Shown: positions 26,043-40,314, counted from the stretch's first letter. The stretch is DNA of 64,000 bases from Octopus vulgaris (GCA_951406725.2 OX597823.1:84072001-84136000), one strand, 5' to 3'. The notes: generated from the sequence alone by a model not told the origin. Program-made: numbers and translations.

Positions 26043-26278
26043 TAATTCAAATTAACATTGAAAAAGAACCAACGAATATATCTGACAACCTAATGGTTTG
26101 TACACGTAGATAGCGTTACATAAGCAACTGGTCCAATCAGAAGCGAAATGCTGCAGGAGGTTATTACGTCATGTGCATGTATGTGCGTGTGTTTGTGTTT
26201 GCTTGGGTGTGTAGCCCCGGGCCGACCAATGCCTTGTGAGTGGATTTGGTAGACGGAAACTGAAAGAAGCCTGTCGTA

Positions 26279-26310
<32 letters not shown>

Positions 26311-26655
26311 AGTGTGTGTGTATATGTTTGTGTGTCTGTGTTTGTCCCCCTAGCATTGCTTGACAGCAGATGCTGGTGTGTTTACATCCCTGTCACTTAG
26401 CGGTTCGGCAAAAGAGACCGATAGAATAGGTACTGGGCTTACAAAGAATAAGTCCCGGGGTCGATTTGCTCGAAGAAAAGGCGGTGCTCCAGCATGGTCG
26501 CAGTCAAATGACTGAAACAAGTAAAAGAGTAATATATATAAAGGGAGAAAGAGAAAGAAAAGAGGGAGAGAGAAAAGACGGAGAGAGAGAGAGAGAGAGA
26601 GAGTCTAAAAGTGATACCAATTATTTTGTTATTTTGCCTGTTCATTTATTCTGTC

Positions 26656-26708
<53 letters not shown>

Positions 26709-26897
26709 CGTGAGTATCTACATATATATATACCACATGCCTATGTAAGCATACATATATGTGTATGTATGTATATTTGCATGAATGCATATGTGCATGT
26801 ACGTACTTATGTTTTGTGTGTGTAACAACGCGTGCATATACGTTACATAAGCAACGTATATGCAAGTATATGAAGTTTTAGTCAAGTTAAACATGCA

Positions 26898-27782
26898 TGG
26901 TATGTACGTATGTATGTATGTACGTATATATGTATGTATGTATGTACGTACGTATGTATGTACGTACGTACGTATGTATGTATGTATGTATGTATGCATG
27001 TATGTATGTATGTACGTATGTATGTATGTATGTATGTATGTATGTATGTATGTATGTATGTACGTATGTATGTATGTATGTATGTATGTATGTATGTATG
27101 TATGTATGTACGTACGTATGTATGTATGTATGTATGTATGTATGTATGTATGTATGTATGTATGTATGTACGTACGTATGTATGTATGTATGTATGTATG
27201 TATGTATGTATGTATGCATGTATGCATGTATGTATGTATGTATGTACGTACGTATGTATGTATGTATGTATGTATGTACGTACGTATGTATGTATGTATG
27301 TACGTATGTATGTATGTATGTATGTATCTATGTATGTATGTATGTATGTATGTACGTATGTATGTATGTACGTATGTATGTATGTATGTATGTATGTATG
27401 TACGTACGTATGTATGTATGTATGTATGTATGTATGTATGTATGTATGCATGTATGTATGTATGTATGTATGTATGCATGTATGTATGTATGTATGTATG
27501 TATGTATGTATGTATGCATGTATGTATGCATGTATGTATGTATGTATGTATGTACGTACGTATGTATGTATGTATGTATGTATGTATGTATGTATGTATG
27601 TATGTATGTATGTACGTATCTATGTATGCATGTATGCATGTATGTATGTATGTATGTATATATACGTATGTATGTATGTATGTATGTATGTACGTACGTA
27701 TGCATGTATGTATGTATACATGTATGTATGTATGCATGTATGTACGTATGTATGTATGTATGTATGTATGTATTATGTATGT
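26898..27782. repeat. ~880-bp (TATG)n array with TACG/CATG variant units
   Basis: Directly visible; source of the 300+ aa spurious ORFs. Confidence 0.95.
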
Positions 27783-28528
27783 ATTTGCGTGCATACCAAC
27801 GTGCATTTGCACATGCATACTTCTTAGTACGAAGTCTTATCGAAGCTAAGTATGTCTGATCTGCTGGTTTTACTTCGACAGCACGCTATGTACAAATCGT
27901 TTAAGAAAACAACGCTGACAGAATGAATAGCTGAACGAACAAACGGGATTTAGCGAAGCGCTTAGGATTCGCTTTTGCTTGATTAGATTTCTTTCGCATC
28001 CGTCTCAAAGAAATTCTTCAATTTGTTGATAATTTGCTGTATTTCACAGTCTATAACGGATTGTTGTCGGCCATGGAATGAGATCGAATTATTTTTCTTG
28101 GGTTTATTGAGTTTAAACGAATTCTATGATGAAAGTAAATTCAGTTTATGGTAGTTTATCGAATGTTTTTCTTTGAAATAATCCTTTTCGAATTTGGCAC
28201 AATGCCTGATATGTTGGAAGAAGCGGGGGTTTGTCATTTACATCGATCAGTATTTGGGTGCTACTTCTTTTATTGGCCTCGAGGTATAAAAAAAAGCAAA
28301 GTGATGCTCCGCCGGATTTGAACTCAGCACGCAACGAGACAGAAGAAATGCCGCTAAGAATTTTGTCCCAAGCACTAACGAGTCAGCCAGCTCACCGTCC
28401 AAATGATAATAATAATCCTTTCTACTATAAGTGTGTGTCTGTGTGTCAATGAAATCCTTCATTGATATCCCAACACCTCAACTACTCGATTACCAAAAGG
28501 AATGAAGAAACGCAGCACTATAAATCGA

Positions 28529-28909
28529 CTAACAGTATCGCCCGGCGTTGCTCGGGTTTGTTTTGACCCTTTAGAATTGGAATTTTTGAAAAGTAAAAAT
28601 TTTGCATTATGTAGCTTGTTATTCTCTTTAAGTGAACATTTTTATGGTTGAAATACATCGAAAAATGGCGACACGGCAGTCAAAAAATCGTAAAAAATAG
28701 GGATTTTCATAGAAAAAAAAGCACCTTTTTGATGTAAATAATTTTTGGTGTTAACATGGTCCGATTTGAATTTTGAATGAAGAGCAAGCCTTTTTCTATC
28801 ATACTCTCAATTTTGGTCAATTTGCGCTGCAGGGTCTCGGAGGAGATAGTGTTAGTTGAAGGCTACCAAACCTGCCATACACAGACAACTTCAGTTTTAT
28901 ATATAGAGA
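28529..28909 (-). mobile_element. Non-autonomous Helitron with a different internal sequence
   Basis: Same 3' hairpin end (CAGTATCGCCCGGCGTTGCTCGGG on +) and same 5' end (CAGTTTTATATATAGA on +) as the other copies, with an unrelated middle. Confidence 0.7.
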
Positions 28910-29406
28910 TAAATATTTCTTTTTTCGTTATTTCACAGAAAACGTTCGATAAAAATTTATGAAGGCAGCAAACTGGAAGAATTGTTGGCGCGTCGAACAA
29001 AATGTTTAGTGGCATTTCTTCCGGCTATTTACATTTTGAGTTGAAAACCCACCGAGGATGACTTTGCCTTTTATCCTCTAGAGGGTCGAAGAAATAAGTA
29101 CCAGTAGAGTACGGGAGTCGATGTAATTTATTAGCATTTTCCCCCACCAAGTCGATCACATGGCGAAATTGGTGTTCGTCTCCATTTTGGATTAAAACAC
29201 CTATTTTAAGATATTAAGATATTTTCTTGACATGAAAGCTATAGTAGCCTTAATACACAACTAAAGAATATCCATCAATACGGTGTTGAGCACTCGTTTT
29301 CATTGTTCAACATTTACGTGTATGTGTGTGTGTGTGTGTGTGTGTATTTATGTATGTATGTAATAATAATAATAACAACAACAACAACAACAACAATAAT
29401 AATAAC

Positions 29407-29485
<79 letters not shown>

Positions 29486-29938
29486 GGGATATGCCGATAC
29501 ACACAGATAGAGAAATTAAGGCCAACAGACCAGATATAGTTGTCAGAGATCATGAAGAAAAAAATGCTTTCTAATTGATGTATCAATACCGGATGATGAC
29601 AACGTGTCTCTAAAAGAAATGGAGAAACTCTCAAAATACAAAGACCTGGAAATAGAGGTAACTAGAATGTGGAATCTGAAAACAGAAACAATTCCTATCA
29701 TAGTAGGTGCATTAGGCATGATAAAAAAAATATTCAGACAAATACATAACAAAAACACCAGGACTTACAAACACATATAACATACAGAAAATTGCACTAC
29801 TGGGCACTGCACACATCCTACGCAGAACACTTTCCATACAATAACCACCAGAGCATCACAACAAATCACAGCACATACCCAAGGCACACAGAGCTGCGCT
29901 CGGTAGTGAAGTGAAAGCACGCTATAAAAATAAAACTA

Positions 29939-29942
<4 letters not shown>
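29486..29942 (+). mobile_element. R4/Dong-like LINE 3' fragment (copy D1)
   Basis: DMPIHTDREIKANRPDIV...KYKDLEIEVTRMW...IIVGALG; UTR ends AAAACTACTG(AAT)n. Confidence 0.9.
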
Positions 29943-30009
<67 letters not shown>

Positions 30010-30068
30010 TAATGATGATGATGATGATGATGATGATGATAATGATAATAATAAAAATAATGATTATA

Positions 30069-30099
<31 letters not shown>

Positions 30100-30106
30100 T
30101 AATAAT

Positions 30107-30682
30107 GCCCTGATGCAGTAATATGCCCTGATGCAGTACCAGACAGTGGCTCTCATGGCTTCTGATCTTAATTGATTGGAAGTGTTATCATGTACATTGT
30201 TTTGTCTTGGTATAAAAGATGGGCTACAGCAAATATTCTGCTCAATACCACAGATTTGCTTGTTAATTGTTTGACCTTAACCAGTTGACCATGTCCCTTA
30301 ATGGTTGAAGATATGTGCATCTCTGATCACGAGCAGAAGTAGTGGGGGAGCATCATAGCCATGTGTTCAGAGGGATTCTTAGGGGGTTTGAATAATTCAC
30401 CTCTGGAAACATGGGTGTTTCGTTCAACATCCTTAAACAACCCTTATTCAGGGACCTTTCGAGTGGGATGGGTCACTTGACCAGAAGAAAATTCTTACTG
30501 GGCCCCATCTGCAAGGTCATGTGTTGTTTATCTTGATATGAGATCACCATGTCGTGCACATATGGTTGTGATGCATGTGCCTGGTGTACCCTTATCAGAC
30601 GGGTAGTCGTCATGATGGGTATACTGGACTTCGTATATTTTACCTCAGTATCACTTTGATGGTATGCACTACTTTCTCACTC

Positions 30683-30684
<2 letters not shown>
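30107..30684 (+). mobile_element. ~560-nt non-coding (TAA)n-associated retroelement
   Basis: GCCCTGATGCAGTA(dup)CCAG...CTCTCACTC, flanked by (AAT)n; near-identical copy at 31401-31975. Confidence 0.8.
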
Positions 30685-31334
<650 letters not shown>

Positions 31335-31362
31335 AATGATAATAATAAAAATAATGATTATA

Positions 31363-31393
<31 letters not shown>

Positions 31394-31975
31394 TAATAAT
31401 GCCCTGATGCAGTAATATGCCCTGATGCAGTACCAGACAGTGGCTCTCATGGCTTCTGATCTTAATTGATTGGAAGTGTTATCATGTACATTGTTTTGTC
31501 TTGGTATAAAAGATGGGCTACAGCAAATATTCTGCTCAATACCACAGATTTGCTTGTTAATTGTTTGACCTTAACCAGTTGACCATGTCCCTTAATGGTT
31601 GAAGATATGTGCATCTCTGATCACGAGCAGAAGTAGTGGGGGAGCATCATAGCCATGTGTTCAGAGGGATTCTTAGGGGTTTGAATAATTCACCTCTGGA
31701 AACATGGGTGTTTCGTTCAACATCCTTAAACAACCCTTATTCAGGGACCTTTCGAGTGGGATGGGTCACTTGACCAGAAGAAAATTCTTACTGGGCCCCA
31801 TCTGCAAGGTCATGTGTTGTTTATCTTGATATGAGATCACCATGTCGTGCACATATGGTTGTGATGCATGTGCCTGGTGTACCCTTATCAGACGGGTAGT
31901 CGTCATGATGGGTATACTGGACTTCGTATATTTTACCTCAGTATCACTTTGATGGTATGCACTACTTTCTCACTC

Positions 31976-32042
<67 letters not shown>

Positions 32043-32044
<2 letters not shown>

Positions 32045-32518
32045 CGAGAAAGCAACCATACTCTGGGATATGCCGATACACACAGATAGAGAAATTAAGG
32101 CCAACAGGCCAGATATAGTTGTCAGAGATCATGAAGAAAAAAATGCTTTCTAATTGATGTATCAATACCAGCAGATGACAACGTGTCTCTAAAAGAAATG
32201 GAGAAACTCTCAAAATACAAAGACCTAGAAATAGAGGTAACCAGAATGTGGAATCTGAAAACAGAAACAATTCCTATCATAGTAGGTGCATTAGGCATGA
32301 TAAAAAAATATTCAGACAAATACATAACAAAAACACCAGGACTTACAAACACATATAACACAGAAAATTGCACTACTGGGCACTGCACACATCCTACGCA
32401 GAACACTTTCCATACAATAACCATCAGAGCATCACAACAAATCACAACACATACCCAAGCCACACAGAGCTGCGCTCGGTAGTGAAGTGAAAGCACGCTA
32501 TAAAAATAAAACTACTGA
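32043..32518 (+). mobile_element. R4/Dong-like LINE 3' fragment (copy D3)
   Basis: Same RLE C-terminal sequence with a small frameshifting deletion. Confidence 0.9.
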
Positions 32519-32957
32519 ATAATAATGGTAATAATAAATCCATGGATGGAATTTATAACTATTTTAATACATCGCTATGCGCGCTTCGATGGAGGTAAAC
32601 ACAGTCAGGATTGATATAAATATATTTACATGGAACGCGCACACAAAAAAAAGAAACACACAAAATACAATAAGATGAAAATACATATTTCCTTCATTTT
32701 CATTCATATTTTATTCTGTAATTTTATACACATGTAAGATTTGAAGCGTCAGCAAACAGAATTCGGCGAACAAACAAACACATACGTTGTGTATGTGCGA
32801 CGGATAATTTGTGTATAATTTTTATTTATATATATATATATATTGGTGCCAATGGTTTTTCTTATACGGCGCCGTTTTACAATCCTGTAAATAATAATAA
32901 TGGTATTTTTATATAAGCTTAAAGCTTATGGTGATCAGCATGCAATGACATATATAT

Positions 32958-33046
<89 letters not shown>

Positions 33047-33898
33047 CATATATATATATACATACATATATACGACGGGCTTCTTTCAGTTTCTGTCTAC
33101 CAAATCCACTCACAAGGTTTTGGTCGGCCCGAGACTATAGTAGAAGACACTTGCCCAGGTCACAACACAGTGGGACTGAACCCGGAACCATGTAATTGGC
33201 AAGCTAGCTACTTACCGCACAGTCATTACACAGACATATATACATACATACAAATCTACCAAATTTACTATTCGCTGACAAGGCATTGGACGGCCCAGGG
33301 CTACAGTAGAAGACACTTTTTCAAGGTGCCGCGCAGTGGGACAGAACCCGATATCATGTGGTTGGAAAGCGAGCTTCTTAGTCACACAGCCATCCCACAA
33401 TAAAAAAAGAAAAACAATAATAATAAAGTAATTGTATTTCTATGGATCATAAAACTTAATTTTGATTTGATGCCAAATATTTTGCAGAGAAGACCAAAAG
33501 CACTTTATTAAGTGTAATCAAAAGAAAATAAAGATGGTAATCGTTCTTTCAAACTCTGGCACAAGGCCAATAGATTTTGAGAGGAGGGGCAAGGCGATTA
33601 CATCGACCCAAGTATTTGACTGATGCTTTAGTTTCTTGGCCTCGAAAGAATGAAAAGCAAAGATGACCGCGGTGGGATTTGAACTCAGAATGCAAAGAGC
33701 AAATGCACGTAGGTATGCATGCAAATACATACGTAGGAGTGGCTGTGTGGTAAGTAGCTTGCTTACCAACCACATGGTTCCGGGTTCAGTCCCACTGCGT
33801 GGCATCTTGGGCAAGTGTCTTCTACAATAGCCTCGGGCTGACCAAAGCTTTGTGAGTGGATTTGGTGCACGGAAACTGAAAGAAGCTCGTCGTATATA

Positions 33899-33944
<46 letters not shown>

Positions 33945-34941
33945 CTGCGTGCGCGCGTGTGTGTGTGTGTGTTAGTGTGTTTGCGTTTGTCCCCCCAACA
34001 TCGCTTGACAACCGATGCTGGTGTGTTTACGTTCCCGTAACTTAGCGGTTCGGCAGAAGAGACAGATAGAATAAGCACTAGGCTTACAAAGAATAAGTCC
34101 TGGGGTCGATTTGCTCGACAAAAAGCGGTGCTCTAGCATGGTCACAGTCAAATGACTGAAACAAGTAAAAGAGCCGGAAGAAATGCCGCTAAGCATTTCG
34201 TCCGACGTGCTAACGATTCTAACAGGCTCATCGCTTGAAGAGGGTAATAGTTACTTGTAGGAGAATGAGCAAATCTATTACACCGACCTCCGTACGTTAC
34301 TGGTCCTTATTTTATCGATCTAGCGAAGATGAAAGGGGAAGTGATCTCGCAGCATTTGATCTCAGAACGTATGAACCGAAAGAAATACTGATTGGCTATT
34401 TGTCCAGCACGCCAACGTTTCTGCCAGCTCACTGCTTTAGAAGCGTTGGGTAATAATTGTTTTCAAGAGAGTCAGTGATCCGCTTGCATCAATCCGAATA
34501 TATATGACTGGTACTTATTTTATCGATCTAGAAAGGATGGAAAGCAAAGTTGCTCTCGACGACATTTCAACTCAGAAGTAAAGAGCCGGAAAAAGTGCCG
34601 CAACGCATTTCTCAAGCACGCTAACTGTTCTTCCTAAAATCTGTGTATTACCTATGATACATAGGACATACTTCTCAGGCGTCCCAGCATCATGTATATT
34701 TCTTTACTGCCCACAAGGGGCGAACCATAGAGGGGACAAACAAGGACAGACAAACGGATTAAGTCAATTATATCGACCCCAGTGCGTAACTGGTACTTAA
34801 TTTATCGACCCCGAAAGGATGAAAGGCAAAGTCGACCTCAGCGGAATTTGAACTCAGAACGTAACGGCAGACGAAATACCACTAAGCATCTCGCCCGGCG
34901 TGCTAACGTTTCTGCCAGCTCGCCGCCTTATAATTCATATA

Positions 34942-35340
34942 TCTTTACATATAAAAGTATGGTTGTGTGCTGTCTGTCTCCTACGATTTAGATTCCTAAC
35001 TACTCCCACATTTTGCGGTGCAGTTTAACCAAAACCGGGTATCTTATAGTCGTGCTTCATATCGAGCCCTTCTGGGTATTAGCGCGCGTCTACGATGAGT
35101 CTACGATTAAAAAAAAAAATTACCATCATTTTTCTCCATTTTTAATGAATTTTTGGCATATATATAAGGGAAGTAACTCTCTAAAAATGTATTATTAAAT
35201 CTCAGAACGTAAAAAGCTACAGTAACACGCCACCCCTTGTGGTTAGCCATATTGAGATGGCTATTATACTTTACATCTCTAAAAATGCTTATATAGTTAT
35301 TTCCCTTACAAATCCGAGCAACGCCGGGCGATACTGCTAG
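34942..35340 (+). mobile_element. Non-autonomous Helitron
   Basis: 5' TC, 3' hairpin CCGAGCAACGCCGGG then CTAG; inserted between A (34941) and T (35341). Confidence 0.85.
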
Positions 35341-35867
35341 TAATTCATAATGTATTAAACAAGAGCTAACTAAAGGTCTAAAAACAAGCATAGACTATTT
35401 GCCAAACTTATGAGAATGCTTTGGACGAGCAAAAGATTTTAGGCAAAAAGGATATTTAATGAAAACTTCGTAACACACATCCTTCATTCGATTTCATTGT
35501 CACTTTGGTTGATTGTGTGCAGATAATCTAAACTAAAATTTCGAGAAACAAATCCAGTTAGTTTCGCTCATAAGTCTTGAGACATCCTCGATTTTTACTC
35601 AATATATGTGCGAAAGCATTAGAGATGCATTTCACTGAATATGTTGTTGGGAAGGGAAAAACTGTTTCTGGGTCTCGATATTATATTACTATTATTCTCA
35701 GCAACTGAATGGTCAAATTTCAGTAATTCTATTCTCCCAAGCGGGATTTATTTCTGAAGCAGCAGTTTTTAGTAAAATGTTGAAATAGTTGTGTATTTTG
35801 GTATTTTATTTAGTACATACGTGCACGCACACACACACACAAATATATATATATATACGTATAATAC

Positions 35868-35929
<62 letters not shown>

Positions 35930-36213
35930 CTCTAGTGCTAAAAATAGCTCCGTTAGTACAGGGTCAATCTATTTCTTCGTTATGTTTCACTTTCCTTCCG
36001 TTAAATGTAATGTTATTTCTAATTGGAAACATCTTTTCTGTGGCTATACTAACGGAGCTATTTTTAGCACTAGAGCTATCCACATAGTGGTAACTCTCTA
36101 ATAATTTATGTATAAATTTGTATTACCTCCCTAGTTTTACGTGCTAAGCCACTTGGTGTTAAATTAATTGTATTATTAAATTAATATCAATTTTTCACCC
36201 TCATTTATAAATT

Positions 36214-36282
<69 letters not shown>

Positions 36283-36737
36283 ACTCTTTTACTCTTTACT
36301 TGTTTCAGTCATTTGACTGCGGACATGCTGGAGCACCGCCTTTAGTCAAGCAAATCGACCCCAGGACTTATTCTTTGTAAGCCTAGTACTTATTCTATCG
36401 GTCTCTTTGCTGAACCGCTAAGTTACGGGGACGTAAACACACCACCATCGGTTGTCAAGCGATGTGGGGGGGGGGAACACAGACATACAAACACACATAT
36501 ATATACATACACATATGTACAACGGGATTCTTTCGGTTTCCGTCTATCAAATCCACTCACCAGGCTTTCGTCGGCCCGGGGCTATAGTAGAAGAAACTTG
36601 GCCAAGGTACCACGCAGTGGGACTGAACCCGGAACCATATGGTTAGTAAGCAAGCTACTTACCACACAGCCTTGCCTATATCTATATGTAGGTGTGTATA
36701 TATACATATATGTATGTTGTAAGTATGTACATATATA

Positions 36738-38016
36738 CGAGGGACGTTCAATAAGTAATGCCCCTGACCCAGTTGCAGTTGTTTGATCTAGCTGAAATTT
36801 TGCATGTGCAATTATTTATATCTCTATAGATTAATTGGCAAACTACAGCTCTGAACTAATTGTGGTTTCTGATTTACAGGTATTTGAACTGAGTCAAGTG
36901 TGAAATGGAGCCTGTTGAGTGTCGAGCAATGATCCGGTTTTTGTATTTGAAAGGACGCAAACCACGGGAGACTTTTGATGAAATGAAAGTAACTTATGGT
37001 GATGATGCCCCATCATATGACCTTGTAAAACGTTGGCATCGTGAATTCAAACATGGTCGGAACTCTGTGGAAACAGCTCCCAGATCTGGTCGCCCCCCCC
37101 CTTCTGCCATTATGAGGCATCTGTCCGTCAAGTTGAGGCTGCCATTTTGGAAGATCGACGCATAACTATTCGCCAAATAGCCCATGAGGTCAAGATTAGT
37201 ACCGGGTCTGTGGAAACTATCATTCATGACCATTTTCATATGCAAAAGGTGTCTACCAGATGGATTCCCAGGCTGCTCACACCTTTCCAGAAGCAAGAAC
37301 GCGTCGAGTGCTCGAGGATGAGTTTGGAGATGTGCCAAGAAGATGAGTCAAAATTTTTCAAAAGACTGATTACACAGGATGAAACCTGGGTCCATCACTA
37401 TGATCCAGAGACCAAAGCTCAGTCAATCCAGTAGAAGCACTGTGACTCACCTCCTCCAAAGAAGGCAAGGGTGCAGCCCTCCGCTGGCAAGGTCATGCTC
37501 AGTCTTCAGACCAGGACGGAGTAGTGATGACAGATTTACTGGCAAAGGGTACCACAATTGCAGGAGCCTATTATGCTTCACTTTTGAGGAAATTAACAGA
37601 AGCTATCAAAATCAAGAGGCGGGGCAAGATCAGCAAAGGCATCCTCCTCCTGCAGGACGACGCTCCGGTCCACAACTCGCGTGTCGCTAGATCAGAAGCA
37701 CAGGCGTGCGGCTTTGAACTCCTCCCTCTCCTGGTCTTGCACCCTCTGATTTTCACCTTTTCCCAGCCATGAAGTTGTTTTTGAAAGGAAAGCGTTTCCC
37801 AGATGATGCAGCCTTGATTTCTGAAGTCACGTCGTGGTTGGAGGACCAAGCTGGGGTCTTCTACAAAAAACGGTCTCCAGAGCTGCATCAAACAATGGAA
37901 GAAATGCATAACTCTGGGTGGTTCATATGTAGAAAAAGACTAATAACTGTGCCAAGTTTCGTTGCTCTACTGCTATGGGAAGTGGGTCAGGGGCATTACT
38001 TATTGAACGCCTCTCG
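36738..38016 (+). mobile_element. Full-length (1279 bp) decayed mariner DNA transposon
   Basis: TIRs CGAGGGACGTTCAATAAGTAATGCCCCTGACCC / GGGTCAGGGGCATTACTTATTGAACGCCTCTCG; TA target duplication on both sides. Confidence 0.95.
36905..37943 (+). pseudogene. Mariner transposase pseudogene (frameshifts and stops)
   Basis: HTH N-terminus, RSGRP, WIPRLL, ITQDETWVHHYDPETK, LLLQDDAPVH and LAPSDFHLF-like motifs spread over several frames. Confidence 0.9.
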
Positions 38017-38053
38017 TATATACATATATATATACATACATACATACATACAT

Positions 38054-38132
<79 letters not shown>

Positions 38133-38329
38133 TATATAGATATAGATATAGATATAGATATAGATAAGATGCAGGAGTGGCTGTGTGGTAAGTAGCTTGC
38201 TTACCAACCTCATGGTTTCGGGTCCAGTCGTACTGCGTGACACCTTGGAGAAGTGTCTTCTACTATAGACTTAGGCGGACTAAAGCCTTGTGAGTGGATT
38301 TGGTAGACGGAAACTGAAAGAAGCCCGTC

Positions 38330-38368
<39 letters not shown>

Positions 38369-39224
38369 TGTGTTTTTGTCCCCTCCCCTAATATCGCTTG
38401 ACAATCGGTGCTGGTATGTTTACGTCCTCGTGGTTTAGCGGGGCGTTAGGGTTAGAGACCGATAGAATAAGTACCAGGCTTACAAAGAATAAGTCCTGAA
38501 GTCGATTTGCTCGACCAAAAGGCGGTGCTCCAGCATGGCCGCAGTCAAATGACTGAAACAAGTGAAAGAATAAAAGAATATACAGACACACACTCTCACA
38601 CATACATATGTATGTATATATGTATGTGTTTAATATATGTGTATGTATATCTGAATTTATAAGTGTACGTGTATATCTATACGTATACGTATGCAGTAGA
38701 TAAATACACACTTATTTGTTTTCATATATATCCATATACATTTGTGGGGTGGTACGTGCGTAGTATACAAAGTATATTCTTTGCTTGTTTGAAGATCCTT
38801 CTTTCAGCGAAATTCCTCCCCAACTGATTCCTCGATAAAATTCCTTTTCTTTGGTTTTAGAACCTTTCCTAATTCTGTCTCCACAGGCTGAGTTTCCTCC
38901 TCTGAAACTGGAGCCGTCTTCCTTGGAAACCAAATGATTCCCGTTTAATAATAGTTGATACAGAAAGTGTTCAGTAAGGGAAGTAACTCTAAATTTGCTT
39001 AGAGTTATCTTTCTTTATCTATCTTTTATCAGGAAAATGTTTTTCGTGTGATTTTAAATATTTCGTTTGACTTTTGACAAACAACGCAGCACTCAAATTT
39101 CAAATCTTACAGTATTCAGAAACAAGAAGTACAAGATTTTAGAATTTATATCATTCATTACCAATAGATTTATAGTGCTGATAAGATAACATTTTTGCTT
39201 CGAAATTGTGTTCGAAATTATATG

Positions 39225-39806
39225 TTTCTTTATTAGCCACACAGGGCTGCACACAGACGGGACAGAATACAAAGTAGAGCTTTTCTTTTGGGGGGAGAGA
39301 AAAAAATATAAAGGTGGGGTAGGTTTTAGATCAAAAGGGATCGTAAAAGGGAAAGAAGAAAGAAAAAGAAAAAAGGAAAAGAAACAAAAGAAGAAAAAAA
39401 CGATCAATAGGGATCGTGTATCACAGTGTCATGATGAAAGGTGTAAGGGGGGAAGCAGATAAGGTTTATCCGTGGGAGGAAAAGCCTACGGAAAAGACCA
39501 CGGTAACCTCGGTCAATATTGTTACATGTTACCACATTTGTTTGCAAGTAGGTAACCCTCTGTTTTAAATTTCCGGGTTCATAGGATTATGCTCAAGGTG
39601 CCTTCGTCATTCATACGTGCCATCCTTGCTACATTCACCCATCTTTTTTTAAAAACATTCGCTAGGCAAAACTTGCCTCTCTACTCTCACTTTCCTTTTC
39701 AAGTGATACTTAAAGTTGATGAGAGATTGACCAGAGAGGAAAGTGTTTGTCTCCAATCCTTTCAGACACGTCCACCAGATACATTCTTTCGCCATATACA
39801 ACGGGA
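39225..39806 (-). mobile_element. Tx1/L1-like LINE 3' end
   Basis: Minus strand MAKECIWWTCLKGLETNTFLSGQSLINFKYHLKRKVRVERQVLPSECFKKRWVNVARM...IIL*, then a pyrimidine-rich UTR ending GGCTAATAAAGAAA. Clade assignment is inferred from the C-terminal pattern only. Confidence 0.55.
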
Positions 39807-39861
39807 ACACCTTGTGCCAGTCAGTGGTTCCTAAGCGGGCGTCGCAATAAGTGCCTAGTTA

Positions 39862-40312
39862 AAAGCGGCGAGTTGGCAGAAACGTTAGCACGCCGTGCGA
39901 AATTCTTATCGGTATTTCGTCTGCTGTTACGTTCTGAGTTCAAATTCCGCCGAGGTCGACTTTGCCTTTCATACTTTCGGGGTCGATAAATTAAGTACCA
40001 GTTACGCACTGGTGTCGATGTAATCGACTTAATCCGCTTGTCTGTCCTTGTTTGTCCCCGCTGTGTTAATCCCCTTGTGGGCAATAAAAAAATAAGAAAC
40101 GTTAGCACGCCGGGCGAAATGCTTAGCGGTATTTCGTTTGCCGTTACCTTGTGAGTTCAAATTCCGCCGAGGTCGACTTTGCCTTTCATCCTTTCGCGGT
40201 CGATAAATTAAGTACCAGTTACGCACTGGTGTCGATGTAATCGACTTACTACCTATCTCTGTCCTTGTTTGTTCCCTCTATGTTTAGCCCCTTGTGGGCA
40301 ATAAAGAAATAG
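39862..40312 (+). mobile_element. MetaSINE-type SINE, tandem dimer
   Basis: Head GCGGCGAGTTGGCAGAAACGTTAGC...GAGTTCAAATTCC, Meta-like domain and tail GGGCAATAAA, repeated twice. Confidence 0.85.
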
Positions 40313-40314
40313 GT

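Noticed and set aside
26718-27859. ORFs of 300-366 aa (MYVC/HTYI repeats)
   Set aside because: Translations of the (TATG)n array, which is stop-free; no coding complexity.
33518-34078. Recurring peptides such as RRASFSFRLPNPLTRLWSARGYSRRHLPKVP and RNWYLIYRPRKDERQSRP
   Set aside because: Antisense translations of SINE consensus sequences, not a gene family.
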